Part shown: positions 48,828 to 58,428 of the stretch, piece after piece
Numbering within the stretch: the stretch's first letter is position 1
How the letters are laid out: every line of letters starts with the position of its first letter
Assembly (NCBI GenBank): GCA_965200315.1
Contig: OZ241362.1
Coordinates: forward strand, 800,001-864,000
Origin: Candidatus Latescibacterota bacterium
GTDB lineage: Bacteria > Latescibacterota > UBA2968 > UBA8231
Reading direction: 5' to 3'
Length of the DNA: 64,000 nucleotides
Translations under genes and position numbers: made by a program
The notes under the pieces: generated by a model
The model's input: only the letters and a program-made list of their open reading frames with translations
The model's database searches: none
Told to the model about the DNA's origin: nothing

Positions 48828-50275
48828 AGTACTCCATCTTTGGACTGCGGCAGGCGCAGGCGGCACACCGTGCCTTCGCCTTGCCGACTGTCTATTTCGA
48901 TCCGGCCGCGGTTTTCCTCAACCGCCCGCGCCACCAGCGCCATACCCAAACCCGATCCCTTCTCTTTGGTCGTAAAGAAAGGCTCAAAAAGGCACTTCTG
49001 CACCTCCTCCGACATACCTGAGCCATCGTCGGCCACCTCGACGATGACCTCCCCACCGTCGGCAGTGGCCCGCACTGACAGGTGCCCGCCATCGCGCATG
49101 GCTTGGACCGCGTTTTTCATTAGGTTGATCAACACCCGTTCTATCTTCCCGCCATCAATATACGCTTCCAAATCGGGTGCTACGTGTATCTCGTACTGAA
49201 TACCTGCTTTCTGCATTTCCGGTGCCAGCAAAAAGGCCGCGTCGGCCACCAGCGACGCCAGTGCCGTCGGCTGCGGCTGTAGTGGTGCCGGGCGAGCGAA
49301 TTCGAGGAACTCGGAAATTACGCGGTTGAGCCGGCGCACTTCCCCGATGACCTTCTCGATGTGTTGCTTGCGCTCGTCGCCAGCGGGCAAGTCGCCGGCG
49401 ACGAGGCCGGCGTACAGTTCAATGCTACCGAGAGGGTTGCGGATTTCGTGGGCAACACCGCCCAGCATAAGGCGCAGTTGCGCGTCGCGGGCAACCAGCT
49501 TGCGCCGCATCTCCTCCATGGTCTCGCCCAAATAGCCGATTTCGTCGTCGGACGCGGTGGCCACCTCTTGGTTCATGTTGCCCTGGCCGATTTCGCGCGC
49601 AGCCTCGACCAGCTTTTGAATGGGCCGCGTCAGCGTCCGCGCCAATCCCCACGCCACCCCGACGGTGAGCAACGCACCCAGCCCGGCAAAGATCAGCACC
49701 GACCGCCCGAAGATGCGGATGGAGTCCACAAACCCGGCCCCGATCTCAACCCCGACGGCTGCGACGACCTCGCCGTCGTGAAAGATCGGGGCGTAGCCCG
49801 TCATGTACGGGATATCGCCGTCGTAAAAAAGCACCGAATGCGCGGTATAGCCCTTCCAAACTCGCTCTAGTTCCCGGCTGTCGAAGAGCAGTTTGGGGTA
49901 CTCGCGGCCAATGGGCATTAGGCCATCGGTGTCGAGCAGCGAGCGGTACTGGCGGTCGAAAACGAAGATATGCCGGGCACCAACCCCTTGTTCGGCGCGC
50001 TGCAATTTACCCACCAAGGTCCGGTAGAGATCGGAGTGCTCGCGGCCCGGGTGCATGAAGCGCAGCACGCTACCGGACAGGTTCGTGCTCACCAGCGTGG
50101 CAACCGATACGAGATGGTCGCTCATCTGCCGCTCCAAGCTGCGGTCCGTCAGCTCGAAGAGCACCCAACCCGATAGCCCCACCACGACCATGACCAGCAG
50201 CACGAAGCTCAAAATCAGCTTGTGGCCGATCCGCGTCCGCGGACGTTCTCCGGGGGCGGACTTGCCCTTGGTCAT
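48812..50275 (-). CDS. Sensor histidine kinase (2 TM, periplasmic domain, HAMP, HisKA, HATPase)
   Basis: DEIGYL HAMP, AHEIRNPL, NL.KNA, D.G.GM, FFTTKEKGSGLG; start placed at MTKGK. Confidence 0.93.
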   Translation of the reverse strand: MTKGKSAPGERPRTRIGHKLILSFVLLVMVVVGLSGWVLFELTDRSLERQMSDHLVSVATLVSTNLSGSVLRFMHPGREHSDLYRTLVGKLQRAEQGVGARHIFVFDRQYRSLLDTDGLMPIGREYPKLLFDSRELERVWKGYTAHSVLFYDGDIPYMTGYAPIFHDGEVVAAVGVEIGAGFVDSIRIFGRSVLIFAGLGALLTVGVAWGLARTLTRPIQKLVEAAREIGQGNMNQEVATASDDEIGYLGETMEEMRRKLVARDAQLRLMLGGVAHEIRNPLGSIELYAGLVAGDLPAGDERKQHIEKVIGEVRRLNRVISEFLEFARPAPLQPQPTALASLVADAAFLLAPEMQKAGIQYEIHVAPDLEAYIDGGKIERVLINLMKNAVQAMRDGGHLSVRATADGGEVIVEVADDGSGMSEEVQKCLFEPFFTTKEKGSGLGMALVARAVEENRGRIEIDSRQGEGTVCRLRLPQSKDGVLWAGF

Positions 50276-50419
50276 TTGGACAGACTCGACAAATTGACGC
50301 ATCCTATGTTGGTAATGTACCGTCTCGAAAAAAGACGAACAAGCGGAGTAATGGTTCTCGCCGACTCGCACTGTTGGGCTTAGACGCCAACTCAACCTCT
50401 TTTAAAAAAGGAATACCCC

Positions 50420-51181
50420 ATGAGACGCCTTGTATTGACCGCTTGTTGCTTTTTGGCCTGCGGCGGCTCCGATGACGATCAAGGCAAGGTGACCGTCCAC
50501 TTCAACCACACCGTCGCCAATGCCGATCTCGAGCCAGAGGATATCCTCTACACCAACGCCGCGGGCAACGAATACGGCGTCACGCGCCTCGAGTACATCG
50601 TCTCGGCTATCGCCTTAGAGACGGCCGGAGGCAAGCGAGTCGAGTTGGCCGAATTCCACTACCGCAACGCCTTTGTCAGCGCGACTCGTAGCATTTCGGC
50701 CAAGGTGCCCGGTGGCGAATACACTGCCCTGCGCTTTACCTTTGGCATCGACGGCACTAAAAACGAAACTGGCGCACTGCCGAACGTCGATTACCTCAAC
50801 AACATGGCTTGGCCCGCTCCCATGGGCGGCGGCTACCACTACATGCGCCTGGAGGGCCTCTTCCGCACCGACGACGGCCAAGGAGCCTTTCTCACGCACA
50901 CCGGGCCGGCCGGCGGGGAAGACTTTTCGTTTGCCATCGCCCTGCCGCTTTCCCTAACAGTCAGCGGAGACGAGTGGGCCATCTCCGTAGTGATGGACCT
51001 CAACGAGTGGTACGACGCGCCATCGCTGTACGACTTTAACGATCGCGGCGGGATTATGGGCAACGCCGACGCGCAATTGACCCTGCAAGGCAACGGCTCT
51101 ACAGTCTTTTCTCTAGCCCCAACCACGTCGGCCAAGACCACGGGGAAGTCGAAAGACCACGACGAACGCGTAGGAGGATAA
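50420..51181 (+). CDS. MbnP-like lipoprotein
   Basis: Lipobox FLAC; Y.VTRLEYIVS, F.FGID...N, MAWP..MGGGYHYMRLEG; directly upstream of a di-heme peroxidase. Confidence 0.75.
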   Translation: MRRLVLTACCFLACGGSDDDQGKVTVHFNHTVANADLEPEDILYTNAAGNEYGVTRLEYIVSAIALETAGGKRVELAEFHYRNAFVSATRSISAKVPGGEYTALRFTFGIDGTKNETGALPNVDYLNNMAWPAPMGGGYHYMRLEGLFRTDDGQGAFLTHTGPAGGEDFSFAIALPLSLTVSGDEWAISVVMDLNEWYDAPSLYDFNDRGGIMGNADAQLTLQGNGSTVFSLAPTTSAKTTGKSKDHDERVGG

Positions 51182-51185
51182 CTCC

Positions 51186-52193
51186 ATGCGGCTTGGAGCA
51201 CTAATCCTGCTAGGGCTAGTCGCCTGTGGCAAAGACGCCGGCGTTCCACCTACCTTTTCGCCTGCCCCAACCCCCTACGAGCTAGTCGTACCAGCGGGAT
51301 TCCCAGCGCCGAAAATTCCGCCGGACAATCCCCTAACCGTCGAGGGCATCGCGCTGGGACGGCAGCTTTTTGCCGACCCCATCCTCTCCGTCGATAGCAC
51401 CACAGCCTGCATCTCGTGCCACCTGCCCGCCCATGCCTTCTCCGATCCACTGCCCTTTAGCCAAGGAGTCGGCGGCGTCACCGGCCGCCACTCCATGCCG
51501 CTTTTTAACGTGCTTTGGAACTCGTCCTTTTTCTGGGACGGGCGCGCCGCCAGCCTCGAAGACCAAGCCCTCGAACCCGTGCAGACGCCCGTAGAAATGG
51601 GCGAAAATTGGGACCACGTGGTGGCCAAACTAGAGCGACACGCGGAATATCCCGCGCTCTTCGCCCGCGCCTTTGGCGACGCGCCCATCAACCGGCGACG
51701 CGTCGTCCAAGCCATCGCCCAATTTGAGCGCACCCTCATTTCGGCGGACAGCAAGTACGACCGCTGGCTGGCCGGCCAAGCGGAGTTTACCCCAGCAGAA
51801 AAACGGGGCTTCATTCTCTTTCACAACGAGGAGGGCGACTGCTTCCACTGCCACGTCGCGCCGCTTTTCACCGACAACGAGTTCCACAACAACGGGCTGG
51901 ACCTCGATCCCCCGGATGAAGGGCTGGCCGTGCTCACCGGGAAACGCCTCGATCGCGGAAAATTCAAGACGCCCACCCTGCGCAATGTAGAATACACGGC
52001 ACCGTACATGCACGATGGCCGCTTCCAAACCCTTGGAGAAGTCGTCGAGCACTACGACTCCGGCTTTCACCGCACGGCCCTCACCGATCCGCTGTTGATC
52101 GTCCGGCCCAACCTCGACCTGACTCCAGCCGACAAACGCGCCATAGTGGCCTTTTTGAAAACCCTTTCCGACCCGCAATTACAGGCTCCGTGA
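51186..52193 (+). CDS. Di-heme cytochrome c peroxidase/MauG superfamily, MbnH-like
   Basis: LGRQLFAD..LS, CISCH, FWDGR, CFHCH, FKTPTLRN..TAPYMHDG. Confidence 0.9.
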   Translation: MRLGALILLGLVACGKDAGVPPTFSPAPTPYELVVPAGFPAPKIPPDNPLTVEGIALGRQLFADPILSVDSTTACISCHLPAHAFSDPLPFSQGVGGVTGRHSMPLFNVLWNSSFFWDGRAASLEDQALEPVQTPVEMGENWDHVVAKLERHAEYPALFARAFGDAPINRRRVVQAIAQFERTLISADSKYDRWLAGQAEFTPAEKRGFILFHNEEGDCFHCHVAPLFTDNEFHNNGLDLDPPDEGLAVLTGKRLDRGKFKTPTLRNVEYTAPYMHDGRFQTLGEVVEHYDSGFHRTALTDPLLIVRPNLDLTPADKRAIVAFLKTLSDPQLQAP

Positions 52194-52233
52194 CGCGCTT
52201 ATGTCTTTGTTTCTTTTATCATTTACTTTTTTC

Positions 52234-52261
52234 TTGATTAAGTCTCAGAATTTCGTATAAT
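52234..52261 (+). promoter_or_regulatory. Putative sigma-70 promoter of the HU/IHF gene
   Basis: TTGATT-N16-TATAAT with an AT-rich upstream tract. Confidence 0.6.
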
Positions 52262-52318
52262 ACAAGCACTTATGCACAAAATCAGTGCCGATTTAACTCG
52301 TCATCTAGCGAGGTTTTA

Positions 52319-52624
52319 GTGGCCACAATAACCAAAAAGGACCTAGCGCGGTTGGTAGCCGACACGCTCGGCTGCAAAAACAACCTGACGTTGCAAATGG
52401 TCGATAGCCTCTTTGAGTCCATGCGCGAAACGCTTATCGAGGGAAACCGCATTGAAATCAGAGGCTTTGGCGTCCTCGAAGTCAAAGACACCAAGCCCAA
52501 GCCCGCCGCCCGCAATCCGCGTACCGGCGAAGTCGTGTACGTGCCCGCCCGCCGCAAGACCCACTTCAAGCCAGGCAAACAGCTCAAAGAAGCCCTGCAC
52601 GACACCCACTCGGCTGCCAACTAA
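52319..52624 (+). CDS. HU/IHF family DNA-binding protein
   Basis: TKKDL, RIEIRGFG, ARNPRTGE.V.VP, FKPGK.LK. Confidence 0.95.
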   Translation: MATITKKDLARLVADTLGCKNNLTLQMVDSLFESMRETLIEGNRIEIRGFGVLEVKDTKPKPAARNPRTGEVVYVPARRKTHFKPGKQLKEALHDTHSAAN

Positions 52625-52667
52625 GCCGCACCAGACCCCGGCGGCTCTTGGTCTCCCTGATACCCCG

Positions 52668-53777
52668 TTGAAAATTCGTTTCGCAAAAATAAAAGCCGGC
52701 TCCTTGCGAGTCGGCTTTTATCGTGTGTGCGTTGGTCTCGCGCTGCTGATGGCATCCGATATCCGCGCTGAGCAACGCCTACACATCGGCGCTGACCCGC
52801 GCCTCGAACTACTAACCGCGGTCCAATTCCTCGGCCAATATCGCTATCTGACGCCCTATCGGGTGGAGTACGCGGACGACCTCGTCACTCACTTTTCGCG
52901 CTATCCTCCCCAGCAGGCCGTGGCCTTTTTTCGCAGCCTGAGCGCGGACGCTGGGTGGTCCGATGCCTACCCAACTGCCATGCTCTACCTATCCGATCCA
53001 CCCGAACTAGAACCAACCCAACCCATTCCCCCCCATATCTATCGAGCCTTTCGCGGCGAGGAAAACTTCGCGCGCTTTGTCCACGCCTTGCGCAGCTTTG
53101 CCCGCCAGACCCAATTCAACCACTTCTTCGCCCGCAGCCAAAAGCTCTATCAACTCCTCGAAGCACGTCTCCGCGAAGAGCTGGCCGATGCCGATCCCAC
53201 CGGCCAAGTCGAAGCCTATTTCGGCACCCGTCAACTCAGCTACCACCTCGTCTTTAGCCCGCTTTTGCACCACGGAGGATTTGGCCCCCACATTGGCCGC
53301 CCTCGCGGGCCGTACGATGTCTATACACTACTCGGCCCCACAGGTGCCACGCAGCGCGGCCTACCCAAATACGGCCCCCGCGAGCAGCTTTTGCAGATTA
53401 TATGGCACGAGTTCAGTCACGCCTTCGTCAACCCCCTCAGCGAGGAGTACTATCCAATGCTGAGGCCCCATGCCGACCTATTCGCCCCGCTGGCCGAACA
53501 GATGGCCCTCATCGGCTATACTCACTGGTTAGACTGTGCCAATGAACACCTCATCCGCGCCATCACCGCACGCCTTGCCCATCACCACCTCGGTGCGGAA
53601 GCAGGTCGCCGGGCCCTGCGCGAAGAATCTGGGCGCGGCTTCCGCTATATCCACGCCGTCGCCCACCGCCTCGAAGAATACGAATCCCAGCGCGACCGCT
53701 ACCCGACCTTCGCCGCCTTCTTCCCCCGCTTAATCGCCGTCTTTGCCGAGCTTACTCCCCAGACGTTAGCGCACTAG
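52668..53777 (+). CDS. DUF4932-like exported protein with an HEXXH metallopeptidase motif (start uncertain: 52668/52725/52749)
   Basis: DPRLELL, F...T.F..FF, GGFGP, WHEFSHAFVNP, NEHLIRA, YE..RD.YPTF. Confidence 0.75.
   Translation: MKIRFAKIKAGSLRVGFYRVCVGLALLMASDIRAEQRLHIGADPRLELLTAVQFLGQYRYLTPYRVEYADDLVTHFSRYPPQQAVAFFRSLSADAGWSDAYPTAMLYLSDPPELEPTQPIPPHIYRAFRGEENFARFVHALRSFARQTQFNHFFARSQKLYQLLEARLREELADADPTGQVEAYFGTRQLSYHLVFSPLLHHGGFGPHIGRPRGPYDVYTLLGPTGATQRGLPKYGPREQLLQIIWHEFSHAFVNPLSEEYYPMLRPHADLFAPLAEQMALIGYTHWLDCANEHLIRAITARLAHHHLGAEAGRRALREESGRGFRYIHAVAHRLEEYESQRDRYPTFAAFFPRLIAVFAELTPQTLAH
52689..52721. terminator. Rho-independent (bidirectional-type) terminator after HU/IHF
   Basis: ATAAAAGCCGGCTC-CTTGC-GAGTCGGCTTTTAT. 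Confidence 0.75.
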
Positions 53778-55097
53778 CCGCCGAAAGAGATCCGCCTGCG
53801 GCGGCACGTCGAGCAGTTCGTCCAAGGTCCCGCGCTCCAAGCCCTCGGCAATAACGGCAAAACTCTCCCGCACCACAGCCGCGGTCTGTTCGACCTCAGC
53901 CTCGCCGTGGGCGCAGTTGAACATGAACCCAGTCGCCAAAATAACGCCGCGGCGGGCGTTCTCTTGGATAAACAGCGTGTTGACCTTGGCAGCCGTCGCA
54001 GCATCCTCCGCGCCCAAGCGGATGCGCGGATGCGCTGCCACCCCCTCACAGCCAGCGTCGAGCCCGACGGCCGCGGCCGCGGCGTCGATCTGCTCCTTAA
54101 AGAAGGTGCCGATGCGCTGGAAGTGACTCACCGCGTCGCGGCGTTCCAACTCGCGCAAGGTCGCCAGCGAGGCCGCCACGCCGATGTTGTCGTCCCAATA
54201 GGCGCTGGAGATAAACATCTGCTCAGCCAGGGCCATAAACTCCCGCTTGCCGACCACCGCCCCCATTGGATAGCCGTTGGAGATGGCCTTGGCAAAAACG
54301 GACATATCCGGCGTCACGCCCGTGTATTCCTGGGCACTGCCCAAGGCCACGCGAAACCCCGACGAGACTTCGTCGAAGATGAGCACCACCCCGTAGCGCG
54401 ACGCCAACTCCCGCACCTTTTCCAAGTAGCCCGGCGGCGGATCGTCCGAGCGCATCGGCTCCATGATGATACAGGCCAACTCGCCAGCGTGTTCGTCGAG
54501 CAGGGCGGCGAGCTCATCGCCATCTCCATAGGTAAAAGGCAGGGCCGTGCCCTCCAGACAGCGGGGCACGCCAATCGGCTCAATGCCATTGAAGAGATGA
54601 GCGGCCAGCCGCTCGGCCCCGATGTTGGCAGCTTGGTACCAGTCGTGCCAGCCGTGGTACCCGCAAAACAGCACCTTGTCGCGGCCGGTGACCCCGCGTG
54701 CAATCCGCACCGCAATGGTGCAAGCCTCGCCCCCGCCCTTGCAGTAGCGCACCATTTCCGCCGAGGGCACAATCCGCACCAATTCTTCGGCTAGCTCTAC
54801 GGCCGACTCTTGTACAATGCTGTAGATCGCCCCCCGGTCGATCTGGGCGCGGACCGCCCCATCGACGACCTCGTCGGCATAGCCCAAGATCACCGGCCCC
54901 ACGGCGCTGGTCCAATCGATGTATTCGTTGCCATCCACGTCCCAGATGCGGCAGCCTTTGGCGCGCTCGGCGTAGATGGGGCTGACGCCGAGTGCTGCCC
55001 GAGTAGGCCGCCGGCTGATGAGCTGGGTGGTGCCGGGGAGGAGCGTTTTGGCGCGCTCGTAGATTTGCAATGAGCGGCGCACTGAGTGTTCTCGCAT
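53766..55097 (-). CDS. Class III aminotransferase, glutamate-1-semialdehyde aminomutase-like
   Basis: DVDGNEYID, GYHGWHDWY, LIFDEV..GFR, FAKAISNGYP. Confidence 0.88.
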   Translation of the reverse strand: MREHSVRRSLQIYERAKTLLPGTTQLISRRPTRAALGVSPIYAERAKGCRIWDVDGNEYIDWTSAVGPVILGYADEVVDGAVRAQIDRGAIYSIVQESAVELAEELVRIVPSAEMVRYCKGGGEACTIAVRIARGVTGRDKVLFCGYHGWHDWYQAANIGAERLAAHLFNGIEPIGVPRCLEGTALPFTYGDGDELAALLDEHAGELACIIMEPMRSDDPPPGYLEKVRELASRYGVVLIFDEVSSGFRVALGSAQEYTGVTPDMSVFAKAISNGYPMGAVVGKREFMALAEQMFISSAYWDDNIGVAASLATLRELERRDAVSHFQRIGTFFKEQIDAAAAAVGLDAGCEGVAAHPRIRLGAEDAATAAKVNTLFIQENARRGVILATGFMFNCAHGEAEVEQTAAVVRESFAVIAEGLERGTLDELLDVPPQADLFRRLVR

Positions 55098-55110
55098 GAT
55101 GGGGCTCCTT

Positions 55111-56262
55111 CTACCGCCCGCTGCGGAGCGGATTTTCGCGTGAAAAAGGCGTTTGCGGCGCGTTGGTCACGCGCAGCCAAGAGTGATACGGCGACCCGCC
55201 CTCCCCGGCACTGGCAAAGTCGCACAAGCGCAGCTTGCTGCCGTCTGCGGCGACAACATCCAGCACCACCATAGCCTCGGCCTTCCCCAAACTCCCCCGC
55301 AGGCCCACCTCGTCCGGGTCCACGGCGTTGAGCCGACGGTCGTAGGTCAAAAGCACCGGTCCCCTAAAAATCGAGACCTTATCGCGGCACTCTTTTTCAC
55401 CCTGCCAGTAGTGCAGGGACATGTCTAGTTCGATGTCGATGGTATCGCCGGGCTGCCAGCACCTAGCCAGCGTTAAATACGCCCCGGCGCACCCTGTTTC
55501 TACGGCCGTGCCGTTTACCTGCACCTTAGTCTGCTGCGACCAGTAAGGCACCCGCAATTTGAGCGCGAACTCCGCCGCTTGAGAGGGATCGACGCGGATG
55601 CCTACGCGCCCGCTGCGGGGATACTCCGTCGCCTCGGTTAGCGCCACGGTCAAGCCGCGCCCCAGCCGCCCCTGCATCCGGCTCGGGCCGTACCAATTGA
55701 GCACCAGTCCCTCCTCGTCGCGCATCAGCGCCCAATCCGAGACCATCCCCAACCCGCGCGGCCCGTTGACGCTGCAACAATTGAGCTCCGGGCTGCCTTC
55801 GCGCCTGGAAGACGATGTCGTGGGCACTCGCCTTGCGCACCCCGTCCATGGGAGTGTTGTACGCTTGTTCATGACGTTGGGCGCGTACCCCGTCAGGCGA
55901 TGGCAGTGCGGCCAAGGGCCGAGATAGCCGTCTGCGTCTTGGTGGGCAATGAGCCGAGCGACGAAGGCTTGGAGGTGCCTTTTCAGCACTGGGTCGCCGG
56001 TCAGCCGCAGGATTTGCACGGCACTGGTCAGGTATTTGCCGGCAAATTCCCCGGCCCAAGGCACTTGGTCTCGGTAGGGCTTGCGATCGCGGTCGGCAAA
56101 CATGTCCAAGATGGCCGGATTAGCCGCCGGGGCGCTGAGCAGCCACTGCTCGGTGACAGCGCACAAGTAGGCCGCCAAGGGGCCGTCAAAGGCGTAGCGG
56201 GTGCCTGACAGGCGAGTCGTTGCGGGTTGTACCACCTGACGGCGGCCTGCGGAACGTTGCAT
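55111..56262 (-). pseudogene. GH127/GH146 (beta-L-arabinofuranosidase-like) gene with internal deletion and compensating frameshift
   Basis: WAGEFAGKY, QDADGYLG; NCCSVNGPRG, T.YP, LRVP.W, RGPV; short for the family; conserved-looking YNTPMDGVRK segment is in another frame (55801-55862). Confidence 0.7.
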
Positions 56263-56380
56263 GGCCTCTTCCTCACTCGGTGTGTTTGGACTATCTCGCG
56301 GCTGCGCGGTGGCACTGCTCGCCGCTAGGGGGATTAGACAATTTGACCACTCGTGCAACCCCCCCAAACGGAGCTTTACC

Positions 56381-56476
56381 ATGCAACGCGCCTTGCCTCT
56401 TTTCGTCCTCTTGCCCGCTGTGCCGCTGGCCGCCTACGCGTTTGATAACAAACCGAACACCCCAATCTCGCTATAA
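56381..56476 (+). pseudogene. Orphan signal-peptide fragment
   Basis: RBS GGAG, MQRALPLFVLLPAVPLAAYA, then a stop overlapping the convergent gene. Confidence 0.35.
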
Positions 56477-57328
56477 GCCAAACAGCGCAAAGGCGAAGTT
56501 CGGCGGTGGCGCACATATATCGCTCCGGTTTTTCAGATAGTGCCGCGCCTGCTCGGGCGGCAGGAGGCTTTCCAATTCCGCCCAGCCGAGGTTTGCCATT
56601 TCGTCGTTGAGTTCCTCGGGGGCAAATTCGGAAATCATCGGCTCGCCCAGCCGCTTGACGAGGCGTTCCAGTTTGTCGTTGAGCGGCAAGCCCTGCTCGG
56701 GGATGAGATGCCTAGCCAGCTTGTAATCGAGGACGAGGCGGCTGCCCGGGGCCGCAACCGCCGCAATATAGCCGAGCGTCTCGCTTATGGCGTCCTTAGT
56801 CAGGTAATAGGTCGTCCCCAGCCACGAAAAAAATGCTGGTTGCTCCGCATCGAGCCGACTGCGCACAAGCGCCTCATCCAGCCGGTCGGCCTCAAAGTCA
56901 ACCGGCACGAACGCCAAGTTGGACGGGAGGTGCCCGGCGACTCGGCGCACGCGCTCGCGCTTGATGCGCTGAGTCGCCGGATGATCGACTTCAAACACCT
57001 GTACTTGAAGTTCTGGGTGGCGCAGCGAGAACGTGTCAAAACCAGCGCCGAGGATCACATACTGAGTAAGACCCGCTCCTATGGCCGCGTGGAGACAATC
57101 TTCGGCATAGAGGACTCGGAGAATATTCTCGGTGTGGATGGGATGGAATGGGGCCAGCAGCTTATCGACGACCAGCCAGTTGAGCAAGCGATTCTCGACG
57201 ATGAGACGCCACCCCAGCGACACCATATCCACCGCGTACTCGTCGGCAAAAATCGGCGCTGGGTTCCACCGCCGATGGTGAGCACGGATACCGGCGGCCA
57301 AGGACGCGGTCGTACTCGTGCGGCGCAT
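56471..57328 (-). CDS. SAM-dependent methyltransferase (leucine carboxyl methyltransferase-like family)
   Basis: TA..AA.IRA, D.YA, QYVILGAGFDT, FEVDHPATQ, VPVDFE, WLG.TYYL. Confidence 0.9.
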   Translation of the reverse strand: MRRTSTTASLAAGIRAHHRRWNPAPIFADEYAVDMVSLGWRLIVENRLLNWLVVDKLLAPFHPIHTENILRVLYAEDCLHAAIGAGLTQYVILGAGFDTFSLRHPELQVQVFEVDHPATQRIKRERVRRVAGHLPSNLAFVPVDFEADRLDEALVRSRLDAEQPAFFSWLGTTYYLTKDAISETLGYIAAVAAPGSRLVLDYKLARHLIPEQGLPLNDKLERLVKRLGEPMISEFAPEELNDEMANLGWAELESLLPPEQARHYLKNRSDICAPPPNFAFALFGL

Positions 57329-57357
57329 GGCTTACGAGGGCCGGTGGCTGCTTATGC

Positions 57358-58350
57358 TCACTCCTGCTCTTCCATCTGGTCGTAAAACTGGACGATCTTG
57401 CCCCGGTCCTTAGAGGCGTTGAATGCCATGCCAGCGCGCGGGTGCTGATTGAGCAGGCCGGTGATCATGTAGGGATAGTCGTAGCCCCACAACAACTTAG
57501 AGCGCAGCGGCTCAACGTGCTCCTCAATGCACTTGAGCACCGGGCGCAAGCGGAATTTGGGGTTGTGCAAAAAGCCCAACAACAGCTCCATCTGGCAGTT
57601 GCCCGCGCCGCGACCCAAGCCGGCAAAACTCGCGTCCGCGCAATTGGCCCCCAAGACCACGGCTTCGATGGTATTGGCAAAGGCCAGTTGCCGATTGTTG
57701 TGGGCGTGGATCCCGACCTCAATCGGGGTCCCCTCGCAGTATTTGAAAAACATGTTGCACAGTGCGCGGACCTGCTCACTGTAGAGCGAGCCAAAGCTAT
57801 CGACCACGTACACAGCCCCCACCTCTGAGCGCACCAGCATCTCCAGCGCGCTCTTGACCTCGGACTCCGGCACGGTGGAAACGGCCATTAAGTTTAAGGT
57901 CGTCTCATAGCCCTTGTCGGAGGCGTCCTTGACCATGTCCAACGCCAGCGGCATCTGGTGGATGTAGGTGGCCACGCGGATCATGTCCAACACGCTCTCA
58001 GACGCCGGAAGAATGTCCGTCTTGTAGTCGCTTTTTTCGGCGTCGGCCATGGCCGCCAACTTCAGCGAAGTGTTGTTGTCGCCGACGATGCGCCGAATAT
58101 CCTCCTCACGGCAATGCTTCCACGGCCCAAACTCGCTAGACGGGAACTGCTCCCGCGAGTTGATGTAGCCGATTTCCATATAGTCGATCCCAGCCTCGAC
58201 GCAGGCCTCGTACACGCTTCGGACTACGTCGTCGGCAAACTGGTGGTCGTTCATCAGGCCGCCATCGCGGATTGTTACATCGACGACCTTGATCTCTTCC
58301 CGGTACCTGAGCCACTTGTCGGCCCAAGTCGCACGGTTTTCCTCACTCAT
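57358..58350 (-). CDS. DRE-TIM/HMGL-like aldolase (4-hydroxy-2-oxovalerate aldolase-like)
   Basis: DVTIRDGG, YVVDSFGS, GIHAHNN.QLAFANT, GLGRGAGNC. Confidence 0.85.
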   Translation of the reverse strand: MSEENRATWADKWLRYREEIKVVDVTIRDGGLMNDHQFADDVVRSVYEACVEAGIDYMEIGYINSREQFPSSEFGPWKHCREEDIRRIVGDNNTSLKLAAMADAEKSDYKTDILPASESVLDMIRVATYIHQMPLALDMVKDASDKGYETTLNLMAVSTVPESEVKSALEMLVRSEVGAVYVVDSFGSLYSEQVRALCNMFFKYCEGTPIEVGIHAHNNRQLAFANTIEAVVLGANCADASFAGLGRGAGNCQMELLLGFLHNPKFRLRPVLKCIEEHVEPLRSKLLWGYDYPYMITGLLNQHPRAGMAFNASKDRGKIVQFYDQMEEQE

Positions 58351-58428
58351 TTTTCACTCCTGTTTATGTGTAAAAGGGATATATACTGCGGCACAACCGG
58401 CAAAAGGTCAAACCGGCCACGGCCCTGC

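Noticed and set aside
50280-50420. Sigma-54 promoter for the MbnP/H pair
   Set aside because: No TGGCAC-N5-TTGC match seen.
52413-52667. Long 5' extension of the DUF4932-like ORF
   Set aside because: Overlaps the HU/IHF gene out of frame; low-complexity translation.
53766-55097. Calling this gene hemL
   Set aside because: GYHGWHDWY variant and location away from the hem genes fit a GSAM-like paralog.
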